DNA from: a virus | Taxonomy: Duplodnaviria > Caudoviricetes | DNA length: 27,042 bases | Virus record (IMG/VR): IMGVR_UViG_3300020398_000222 | Location: 1-27,042 of that record | Strand: one strand, 5' to 3' | Shown here: piece by piece, positions 7,579 through 15,171 of the stretch | How the letters are laid out: each line of letters begins with the position of its first letter | Position numbering within the stretch: position 1 is the stretch's first letter | Translations under genes and position numbers: made by a program | Notes under the pieces: generated by a model | What the model was told of the DNA's origin: nothing | What the model saw: only the letters and a program-made list of their open reading frames with translations | The model's database searches: none

Positions 7579-8643
7579 ATGGAAAAACTCAAGCAATTGG
7601 GTTTGGTATGTCTTTCTATATTTGTTATTGTAGGATGTGCAGTTCATGAGAGTACCATATCAACTACAACTAATAATAATGATTTACCTACTATCATAGA
7701 GAGAACTAGAGATTCCGTTATTGTACTTATATCAAGTTTAAATGATAATCTTGAAGTAGATCTAAAGCAAAACGGCATGTGTTCTGGAGCCGTTATTGAA
7801 TTGCAATATGTTATAACAAATTTCCATTGTATTTATAAACAGAAATATCTTAGAGTATATTTTTGGGACAAAGAAGATTGGAATGAATATGAAGTAGAAG
7901 TTATTGGAGAAGACCCGTTAGCGGATCTGGCCTTGTTGAAAATTTTAAATAAAGATACAATTACACCTCATCTTAAATTTTATAAGGATGAGATTAAAGA
8001 AGGAGAAGAGGTATTTGCAATAGGTCATCCAATGGGTATGATCTGGACTGTTACTAAGGGTATAATTTCTAGTACAAATAGATATTCTAAACATCCATAT
8101 ATAACGGCAGTACAGACTGATGCTGCAATCAATCAAGGAAATTCTGGCGGCCCTCTATTAAATATGAAGGGAGAGATTGTAGGCATTAATTCCTCAATAA
8201 TATCAAAAATAAAGGAGAATGCGGGAATAGGACTTGCAATTAGAGCCGATATAGTAGAAAAGTCTTATAAGATTATGTTGAGCAAAGGAAAAGTTGATAG
8301 ACCAGCAATTGGTGTAATGATTGCTCCTTTACTAAGAGAAAAACAAAGAAAAAGTATTGCAGAAAAACAAGCAGAGATAAAAATAGAAGACATTCCTAAT
8401 ACGTTTGGTTTATTGATTATAAAAACAGAAGATATGCCAATAGGATTAAAGATTGGTGATGTAATAGTAGGAGTGAATGGTGTGCCGATAAATAATGGAA
8501 TGGATTTATCAGAAGAATTAATTAAATATAATATTGGAGAAGAAGTTTCTTTAACAATTATACGGAATAAGATGTTTAAAAAGGTAAAAGTTCCATTACA
8601 GGTATTAAAAGTACCTACAGAAAAATTGTATAGTAAAAAGTAG
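7579..8643 (+). CDS. htrA: HtrA/DegP-family serine protease with one PDZ domain, lipoprotein
   Basis: IVGC lipobox from ATG 7579; triad motifs TNFHC, DLALLKI, TDAAINQGNSGGPL; GDVIVGVNG PDZ. Confidence 0.9.
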   Translation: MEKLKQLGLVCLSIFVIVGCAVHESTISTTTNNNDLPTIIERTRDSVIVLISSLNDNLEVDLKQNGMCSGAVIELQYVITNFHCIYKQKYLRVYFWDKEDWNEYEVEVIGEDPLADLALLKILNKDTITPHLKFYKDEIKEGEEVFAIGHPMGMIWTVTKGIISSTNRYSKHPYITAVQTDAAINQGNSGGPLLNMKGEIVGINSSIISKIKENAGIGLAIRADIVEKSYKIMLSKGKVDRPAIGVMIAPLLREKQRKSIAEKQAEIKIEDIPNTFGLLIIKTEDMPIGLKIGDVIVGVNGVPINNGMDLSEELIKYNIGEEVSLTIIRNKMFKKVKVPLQVLKVPTEKLYSKK

Positions 8644-8654
8644 GTTTTAAAAAT

Positions 8655-9275
8655 ATGGCATCTGTAGAAAAAGATACAATACAACCAATATCTTGGAATG
8701 AAAATAATTTTGATGTTCATGATGAATCATATAAAATATTTGAAAATATAGAAGGGAATAGAACTTCTGTTGATAATATTCTGAGATTGAATTATAATTA
8801 TCAACTCAGATTAACATTGATGGCTGATACGAAAGCCAATATTATGATTACAGTCAGTTCAATTGTTTTTTCTATAACAATTGCAAATATTACAACTGAG
8901 TTATTATTTTATCCTTTGTTGGCTTTGGGTATTTGTTCTGTAATAGCATTGGTTTGTGCAATTATAGTAATTATGCCAAAGATTGATTTTCCAAAAACAA
9001 AAACTGGTAAAATAGATAAGACCTCGCCATTTTATAATCCATTATTTTTTGGACATTTTGCTCATATATCAATATTAGAGTATAAACAAGAATATGCGAA
9101 ACGTTTGCAAACTGATGCTCAAATTATTAATGCACTTACAGGAGACCTATATGGGATTGGAAGAGTGATTGCAACAAATAAATTCAAATATTTAAGGTAT
9201 AGTTATACTTCATTTTTGATTGGGTTATCTTTAGCAATTACAATAATTGCTGGCCAGATTTTAAGTATTTCATAA
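8655..9275 (+). CDS. Pycsar effector-type membrane domain (DUF5706-like), standalone
   Basis: MADTKANIMITVSS, NPLFFGHF, DLYGIGRVIATNKFKYLRYSY plus three TMs. Confidence 0.75.
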   Translation: MASVEKDTIQPISWNENNFDVHDESYKIFENIEGNRTSVDNILRLNYNYQLRLTLMADTKANIMITVSSIVFSITIANITTELLFYPLLALGICSVIALVCAIIVIMPKIDFPKTKTGKIDKTSPFYNPLFFGHFAHISILEYKQEYAKRLQTDAQIINALTGDLYGIGRVIATNKFKYLRYSYTSFLIGLSLAITIIAGQILSIS

Positions 9276-9307
9276 ATAATAATATTAACCTTCTAATTGG
9301 AGCATAA

Positions 9308-9418
9308 ATGTGTAATAACGAACAATGCGAGTGTGTAAACTGTACCTGTGACCCGTGTGAATGTACTAAAGACAACCTATGTGGCTGTGATATTGAAAAC
9401 CAAGTAGCCGCAATTTAA
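9308..9418 (+). CDS. Metallothionein-like 36-aa peptide (not in ORF track)
   Basis: GGAG RBS; MCNNEQCECVNCTCDPCECTKDNLCGCDIENQVAAI; 9 Cys with four CxC motifs. Confidence 0.8.
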   Translation: MCNNEQCECVNCTCDPCECTKDNLCGCDIENQVAAI

Positions 9419-9434
9419 GGAAAAAAAGGTAAAT

Positions 9435-9677
9435 ATGAAAACATTTAAACAATTAATGTCTGATAAGTTAAGAGAAGAAGATACAGAAACAATTGAAGAT
9501 ACAGAAACAATTGATGAATTATCTGACACCTTGCTTGACCGTGCTGCTCAAGCCGCAGAAAAAAAACAAAAAGAAGCTAAAAAGTCGGGAAAGGTGTTTA
9601 ATATAGCAAAAAGAACGGTCCAAAAAGCAAAATTTCAACAAAAAACAACTCGTCCTGATATGTCATATGTTGCATAA
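9435..9677 (+). CDS. Small protein with MKTFKQ N-terminus (possible internal head protein)
   Basis: N-terminus resembles the T4 capsid-targeting sequence; acidic then basic halves. Confidence 0.55.
   Translation: MKTFKQLMSDKLREEDTETIEDTETIDELSDTLLDRAAQAAEKKQKEAKKSGKVFNIAKRTVQKAKFQQKTTRPDMSYVA
9477..9514 (+). repeat. 18-bp in-frame tandem duplication (EDTETI x2)
   Basis: GAAGATACAGAAACAATT at 9477 and 9495. Confidence 0.9.
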
Positions 9678-10542
9678 TAGAAAATTAGTATTTGTATGGA
9701 CAATTATATTATTGTGTGGGTGGTTGCTTTATGCTTTACCTATTTTTGCTAACCCTTTGACTAATGGAGATGTGAATTTATCTCAATATGTGGACATTAA
9801 AAAACATTTTACTAACGGTGTTTGTGACCAAATATTAATAGATACATTTACTATATGTTATGATTATGAGAGAAAATCTCCTATAGCAGTATATACAGAG
9901 GTGACTGCTGATACAGTTAATTTTCTCAATATTGACCCAAGACCTTCATTTTATACTGATAAAAGATTAGAATCTAGGGTAGCAACGTCTACTAAAGATT
10001 ATACTGGCACAGGATATGATAGAGGTCATTTGGGTGCATCAGATGCATCTCATGATTTTTCTAAGGATACGTTAAAAGCAACGTATAGTATGGCAAATAT
10101 AGTTCCTCAGACTAAACGAGCAAATAGATATAAGTTTGTATCATTAGAGAAATTAGAACGTGAAAAGGCAGTTGAACATGGTGTTCTTGAAATGCTTACG
10201 CTAGTTTATTTTAATAATAGACCAAAAATTATAGGTAAAAATAAACTACAAGTACCTTCATCATTTGCAAAAATATTTACTGCGAAAAATTATAGGGAAT
10301 GTTTCTTTGTGTGGAATACAGATAAGTATGATAAAAAGACAGGAAAAAATCCTTATACATATAAACAAAATTGTGATATAGTATTTGCAATGTGGGGTAC
10401 TCAAGTAGGAGAGGCTTCAAAATTTACAAAAAAGAATAAAGATGACCTTTTAAAGTTATTACAATTGTATGTTGATACTGAAAAGAATAAGGTAAATGCA
10501 AGTCATGCAAAGGCATTGTTAAATTTAATAGGGTCACATTAA
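9667..10542 (+). CDS. Secreted DNA/RNA non-specific endonuclease (NucA/EndA family)
   Basis: Signal peptide; DYTGTGYDRGHL and TYSMANIVPQ motifs. Confidence 0.85.
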   Translation: MLHNRKLVFVWTIILLCGWLLYALPIFANPLTNGDVNLSQYVDIKKHFTNGVCDQILIDTFTICYDYERKSPIAVYTEVTADTVNFLNIDPRPSFYTDKRLESRVATSTKDYTGTGYDRGHLGASDASHDFSKDTLKATYSMANIVPQTKRANRYKFVSLEKLEREKAVEHGVLEMLTLVYFNNRPKIIGKNKLQVPSSFAKIFTAKNYRECFFVWNTDKYDKKTGKNPYTYKQNCDIVFAMWGTQVGEASKFTKKNKDDLLKLLQLYVDTEKNKVNASHAKALLNLIGSH

Positions 10543-10550
10543 GTTGACAA

Positions 10551-10907
10551 ATGGAAAAAATAGTGTATACTATAAATATAACAGAACGAGCAAGTGAATC
10601 AGTAAATGATGCATTACAAGAACATGAACATCTACGATTAAGTGCTAAACCTGGTGGATGTTCAGGATGGAAGTGGGACCTTCAGACAGAAGATGATTTA
10701 GATAAAACATCTATGGATGAAGTGTTTACAACAGATTATGGATTTAATATTGTGATTTCAAAACGTGATTTAAATGATATTATAGGTTCTGCTAAAATAG
10801 ATTATACGAATGAAAATTTAGTAGAACAAGGTTTTGTAATTCAAAGAACGTCAAGTTTACACGCATGTGGTTGTGGTGAAAGTTTTACTCCAATTAAGGA
10901 CATGTAA
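10551..10907 (+). CDS. iscA: A-type Fe-S cluster carrier (IscA/ErpA/HesB family)
   Basis: INITERA, LRLSAKPGGCSG and C-terminal CGCGESF. Confidence 0.85.
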   Translation: MEKIVYTINITERASESVNDALQEHEHLRLSAKPGGCSGWKWDLQTEDDLDKTSMDEVFTTDYGFNIVISKRDLNDIIGSAKIDYTNENLVEQGFVIQRTSSLHACGCGESFTPIKDM

Positions 10908-10921
10908 TAAGAAGGAGTTGA

Positions 10922-11347
10922 ATGGCATATTCAGATAAAGTAGTAGCTCATTTTGAAAACCCAAAAAATATTGGGAGTTTTGATAAAAACGACCCAAGCA
11001 TTGGAACTGGGCTTGTTGGAGCTCCAGAATGCGGTGATGTAATGAAATTACAAATAAAGGTGGATGATAATGATAAAATAGTTGATGCAAAATTTAAAAC
11101 ATTTGGGTGTGGTTCAGCAATAGCCGCATCATCTTTAGCAACTGAATGGGTTAAAGAAAGACATCTTGATGATGCTATGTCTTTAAGTAATGTAGAAATT
11201 GTTGAGGAGTTGTCGTTACCTCCTGTTAAAATTCATTGTTCAGTACTTGCAGAAGATGCAATTAAAGCGGCTATAACTGATTATAGACATAAGAAATATA
11301 ATGGAGAACATGATGTTAATGAAGGGGAACCAATTGCAGTCTATTGA
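10922..11347 (+). CDS. iscU: Fe-S cluster scaffold protein
   Basis: MAYSDKVV..HFENPKN, GAPECGDVMKLQI, KTFGCGSAIA, LPPVKIHCS; AAGGAG RBS. Confidence 0.95.
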   Translation: MAYSDKVVAHFENPKNIGSFDKNDPSIGTGLVGAPECGDVMKLQIKVDDNDKIVDAKFKTFGCGSAIAASSLATEWVKERHLDDAMSLSNVEIVEELSLPPVKIHCSVLAEDAIKAAITDYRHKKYNGEHDVNEGEPIAVY

Positions 11348-11615
11348 AACTAGAAAAAAATTGAATTTTGGTGCAAGATTCATTATTACAATGTTTATTG
11401 TGTCTACATTTATATTTTTAGTCTGGTTACTCTTTTTTATTGAATTACCACAATCTTCTCGTGACCTAGTTAATATTATGGTTGGAGCTTATGTTGCCGT
11501 ATTATCTAAGGCGACTGATTATTGGTTTAAAGATAAAGATGACCCTGAACATAAAGAGACTACAGATTTACAATCATCTCCAAATAATGAAGAAGGAGGA
11601 GAACGTGGCTATTGA
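11301..11615 (+). CDS. Two-TM phage membrane protein (holin-like)
   Basis: Two hydrophobic helices followed by DYWF and an acidic tail; start could be 11310. Confidence 0.55.
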   Translation: MENMMLMKGNQLQSIETRKKLNFGARFIITMFIVSTFIFLVWLLFFIELPQSSRDLVNIMVGAYVAVLSKATDYWFKDKDDPEHKETTDLQSSPNNEEGGERGY

Positions 11616-11922
11616 GAAAAATTATCTGAGTACATTTGGTTGGGAAGTTGATGACGCTTATTATAAAATAAGAAAAGATTATACCAAACAAGACATATTA
11701 GATGATTCTAATAAAAATTATGTATTTACATTTGAAGTATTTCGAAATAAGAATGCTAGAGATTCTGATTTGGCCCCACTTATGAAAAATACTTTTATTA
11801 TTGAAATAGATGAAAGTACGTTTGATAATGCAAAGTCTAAAGAAAATAATTATCTATCTTGTGCATACGGATATCTAAAAAATCTTACAAACAGTTTTAA
11901 AACTGAAGGTATGGATGTTTGA
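11605..11922 (+). CDS. Hypothetical phage protein
   Basis: GGAGG RBS before GTG 11605; FG...AYYKI...AYGYLK pattern seen in small tail-region phage proteins. Confidence 0.55.
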   Translation: MAIEKNYLSTFGWEVDDAYYKIRKDYTKQDILDDSNKNYVFTFEVFRNKNARDSDLAPLMKNTFIIEIDESTFDNAKSKENNYLSCAYGYLKNLTNSFKTEGMDV

Positions 11923-11947
11923 TTTGATATTTTAAATTTAATATAAT
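11919..11947 (+). promoter_or_regulatory. Sigma70-like promoter for the bS21 gene
   Basis: TTGATT-17 nt-TATAAT; region is very AT-rich so a chance match is possible. Confidence 0.4.
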
Positions 11948-11971
11948 ATTTAACTTAATTAATGGAATATA

Positions 11972-12214
11972 ATGATTACTGTAAGGTCTAAAAATAAAAA
12001 TCGCAATCAATATTTAAATAATCAAAAACTGATTTCACAATTTAAATCTCTTGTAAATGATGAACAAATTATTGAAACTTATAATGATAATAGGTATTAT
12101 GTAAAACCTTCTTTGCGTAAACGGCTTAAAAGAGAGGCGGCCCAAAGACAACGTGCTAAAGATTTTATTAATGATGTAAAAGAAATACTACAAAATAAAA
12201 ATGAAATATATTGA
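11972..12214 (+). CDS. rpsU: Ribosomal protein bS21 homolog (divergent)
   Basis: MITVR..., LISQFKSLV, RYYVKPSLRKRLKREAAQRQR match the bS21 pattern. Confidence 0.75.
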   Translation: MITVRSKNKNRNQYLNNQKLISQFKSLVNDEQIIETYNDNRYYVKPSLRKRLKREAAQRQRAKDFINDVKEILQNKNEIY

Positions 12215-12250
12215 ATGAATGGTCGTATAGAATTTGTAACAGCAAATTAT

Positions 12251-12258
12251 TATAAATA
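12251..12258 (+). promoter_or_regulatory. T4-type late promoter (TATAAATA)
   Basis: Exact intergenic match upstream of the paralog pair. Confidence 0.6.
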
Positions 12259-12317
12259 TTAATAGTTTATTATAAACAGATATTAAGAAATTTAAATAAG
12301 TAAAGGAGAAAATACCA

Positions 12318-12527
12318 ATGCCATTATTTAAAGCGTCTGATGAGTTAACCAGTAAACCTGCATGGTTATCTGCCGCAGACCAACTAACATGTTTTGGAGC
12401 TGATGCCGCAGAAACTGGACCATCAGGTTTAGTCATGCATCAAGGGTGGACAGTACCAGCTGGAGGAAATGGAAATGTCCTTGCACAAAGAGAAACTATA
12501 GCATGTGTTAATATGACATCTGATATT
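12318..12527 (+). repeat. 210-bp repeat, copy 1 (shared N-domain)
   Basis: First 42 nt identical to 13247-13288; 59 of 70 residues identical. Confidence 0.95.
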
Positions 12528-13178
12528 GATTCGGACACAGATTTTTCAGCAGAAATCGCGGGAGGCCCTGGAGCCCTAGAATCAGGCGAAACACTTCAAT
12601 GGACCGACAGACCAAGCACTAGTTATGGCTTGGACCAGTGGGGTTTTTTGCAGAGTCCATCGACCAATGCGGCCCTGTGGGCGTCCATGCAAAATTACTG
12701 GGGGGGTAGCAATGGCATAGAGTTAATTTTTAGTGGCAGTGATTGGTTTGAAACCACAGACGACTCTCTCTCGACAATACCAGGCAATGAAGCCACTATA
12801 TGGGATCAATTTGACCTCACACTCGCCTATCGCATACAACTGATGGATCCAGCTGGGCCATGGCCGAATGGTATGCCCTTTAAAATGAAGTTGTCCGGCA
12901 TGAATGACGGCAACTACCATGCGGCGATTGCAGGCTTTTATAGTGCTACGGACATTACCATCAACTGTATGATGACGGATTATACAGTTGGTGCTTGGGG
13001 TGGTATGTATGGGCATACGTCGCCATCGTTCCAGTTTTATCAGGACCAAGCAGCCGACACTGCGGAGGGGGCCGTTATAACGGGGCAGACAGATTATCAT
13101 ACTTATCTCCTCAGTGATTTGGCTGAGGCCAACTATTACAACCAAAGCCGCTGGCCGTGGCAAATAATAATGCCTTAA
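12318..13178 (+). CDS. Putative virion protein, conserved N-domain plus variable C-domain (copy 1)
   Basis: Late promoter and AAGGAG RBS; MPLF..D..KP.WL...GW...E.IA N-domain; C-domain rich in G/S/T/D/W/Y and poor in Lys. Confidence 0.6.
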   Translation: MPLFKASDELTSKPAWLSAADQLTCFGADAAETGPSGLVMHQGWTVPAGGNGNVLAQRETIACVNMTSDIDSDTDFSAEIAGGPGALESGETLQWTDRPSTSYGLDQWGFLQSPSTNAALWASMQNYWGGSNGIELIFSGSDWFETTDDSLSTIPGNEATIWDQFDLTLAYRIQLMDPAGPWPNGMPFKMKLSGMNDGNYHAAIAGFYSATDITINCMMTDYTVGAWGGMYGHTSPSFQFYQDQAADTAEGAVITGQTDYHTYLLSDLAEANYYNQSRWPWQIIMP

Positions 13179-13195
13179 TCAAGAGTTGAATAATT

Positions 13196-13221
13196 GATTG
13201 CAGTCAATATTGACTGCAATC
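13196..13221. repeat. Perfect 26-bp palindrome (hairpin or terminator-like)
   Basis: GATTGCAGTCAAT-ATTGACTGCAATC; no long U tract. Confidence 0.85.
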
Positions 13222-13246
13222 TTAATACTACAAGGAAAACAAATTA

Positions 13247-13456
13247 ATGCCATTATTTAAAGCGTCTGATGAGTTAACCAGTAAACCTTCATGGTTAACT
13301 TCCGCACAAAAAATAAATTGTCATGGTGCTGATGCATCAGAAACTGGACCATCAGGTTTAGTCATGCATCAAGGTTGGACAGTACCGGCTGGAGGAACTG
13401 ATAATGTCCTGGCACAAAGAGAGACCATAGCATGTGTTAATATGACATCGGATATT
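13247..13456 (+). repeat. 210-bp repeat, copy 2
   Basis: Colinear, gap-free match to 12318-12527. Confidence 0.95.
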
Positions 13457-14047
13457 GGAGGCGACGATGATACTGCATTTGGACTTGCAGAGCCAGGGCC
13501 TGCTTATATAGAATATAATGGCCTTACCTCCTTTGGGGGCACCCTTCCCACCATACATGTTTCAGGCGGCACTTACACAACGCAGAACATCGATTTGCAA
13601 ATATGGAACAACATGATGGCAGGACAGTGGGAGATTAGAGCAGGTGACTGCATGGCTCCGAGTACATGGGGCGGAGCGGACCATTTGCCCCCCTCAACCA
13701 TCGGCAATGCCGGAACAGGAGTTTGGAGTTTCCTCGATCCGAACACGCATCTGGGCGCCGGCGCAGGAACAGCCTTCACAATAGAAATTGATAGAACACC
13801 CCAATACCCTACCGCACTAATCCGACTGCCGTGTGTAGCGGACAATTGGGGAGAGAATCAATGGTACACAGCAGGAGCAGACCCACGTTGGTACACATCA
13901 AGCATGTATTTTCAGCCTGAAACCGGTTACCAATCAATGGTTGACGGTGCCATGCAAGACTGGGAGAATTATCCTTATGGTCAGCAATCATGGACGTTTA
14001 AAGTATTAGACAACACATACCTCGGGCCATGGGGTGAAATTGCTTGA
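13247..14047 (+). CDS. Putative virion protein, conserved N-domain plus variable C-domain (copy 2)
   Basis: Same 70-aa N-domain as 12318; unrelated GC-rich C-domain. Confidence 0.6.
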   Translation: MPLFKASDELTSKPSWLTSAQKINCHGADASETGPSGLVMHQGWTVPAGGTDNVLAQRETIACVNMTSDIGGDDDTAFGLAEPGPAYIEYNGLTSFGGTLPTIHVSGGTYTTQNIDLQIWNNMMAGQWEIRAGDCMAPSTWGGADHLPPSTIGNAGTGVWSFLDPNTHLGAGAGTAFTIEIDRTPQYPTALIRLPCVADNWGENQWYTAGADPRWYTSSMYFQPETGYQSMVDGAMQDWENYPYGQQSWTFKVLDNTYLGPWGEIA

Positions 14048-14077
14048 TTATTTGTTTCTGGTATAATTTAAAATATT

Positions 14078-14103
14078 GATGCTACGGCATTTGTCGTAGC
14101 ATC
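14078..14103 (+). repeat. 26-nt hairpin after copy 2
   Basis: GATGCTACGGCA-TT-TGTCGTAGCATC with one G-U pair. Confidence 0.8.
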
Positions 14104-14136
14104 GACCTTAATAAAACAACGAGACTATATTATATA

Positions 14137-15171
14137 ATGAAAAAATTCTTTGCTATTGGTGGTCATTGCATTTCTGAGAATAGAATTGGACATGCAATTG
14201 AACTCATAACTGCTCTTAGAACACAATGGCCAGATAGTTTTATATCATTTTGCTCTCATATAACTGTTGAAGAAAGAATTCAACGACTATGTGATTTAGT
14301 ATTAATTGACAAAAATAATTTAATGGGTAATGCAGATTTTTCAAATTCGCATACTCGACAATATAAACATTATTTTTGGCAATTACCAAGACCAGGTTTT
14401 AATATATCAAAAACTATTCCATATAAACATTATGCTAATCATAGACAGTATCATGACCTTTCTGTGGTATTAACAGAACTCTATGATGCAAGGGCAATAA
14501 CATTTTTCACATACGATTGTGAGCCAATCGTGTCGGAAAAATTATCTTTGCACTATGAATTATTGGAAAAATATGATGCAATTTTTTATGATTTCTATAC
14601 ACCATGCTGGGGTGCTTCTGTAAATACTGAGTTTTTCACCTTATCATCACATGCCATACAAAATGGTATGCGAAAAATATTTCGACAAGATGATTATTTC
14701 TCATTTAATAATATTACTGAATTCACATTAGAGCAAATTTATTATGCCTTAATGAAACGAGAAAAGATTGATTTTAAAGTATTAGACAAGAGAGAAGAAA
14801 ATGAGGGTCGTTTTGGTGTAATTGCCCAACATGACAAACAAGAAAAAATTGATTTACCATTGTTAGATCCTCAACATCCAGATGTTATGATTTGTCCTTT
14901 TTTAGATTGGACTGAGGGTAAACTAAAGATCCTAGTTTTTATGTATCACCATCATTTGCCTCAAGAATCATATTTGATAAAATTGAAATTTACGAATGAA
15001 AATGGTGATGAAAGTTCATATAAATTTGCAAAGAAATTAAATCACAACAATTGGGTTCTTTTAGATATTGCACCTGGGTTTCCAATCGTGAATGTATATA
15101 AAGAAGATGAGTGTATTTTCAAATTTGATTTAAGCAATAATAATAATTATGGAGTAATGGAAAGATCATGA
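14137..15171 (+). CDS. Hypothetical protein, possibly glycosyltransferase-like
   Basis: Coupled to an epimerase gene; FFTYD and TLEQIYY segments only loosely GT-like. Confidence 0.4.
   Translation: MKKFFAIGGHCISENRIGHAIELITALRTQWPDSFISFCSHITVEERIQRLCDLVLIDKNNLMGNADFSNSHTRQYKHYFWQLPRPGFNISKTIPYKHYANHRQYHDLSVVLTELYDARAITFFTYDCEPIVSEKLSLHYELLEKYDAIFYDFYTPCWGASVNTEFFTLSSHAIQNGMRKIFRQDDYFSFNNITEFTLEQIYYALMKREKIDFKVLDKREENEGRFGVIAQHDKQEKIDLPLLDPQHPDVMICPFLDWTEGKLKILVFMYHHHLPQESYLIKLKFTNENGDESSYKFAKKLNHNNWVLLDIAPGFPIVNVYKEDECIFKFDLSNNNNYGVMERS

Noticed and set aside
8655-9275. Complete Pycsar or CBASS defence system
   Set aside because: No cyclase or nucleotide-sensing domain is recognisable in the neighbouring genes.
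12318-13456. Paralog repeat as a DGR pair or shufflon
   Set aside because: Differences affect all bases and lie at the 5' end; both genes are complete and co-oriented, with no invertase or flanking inverted sites.
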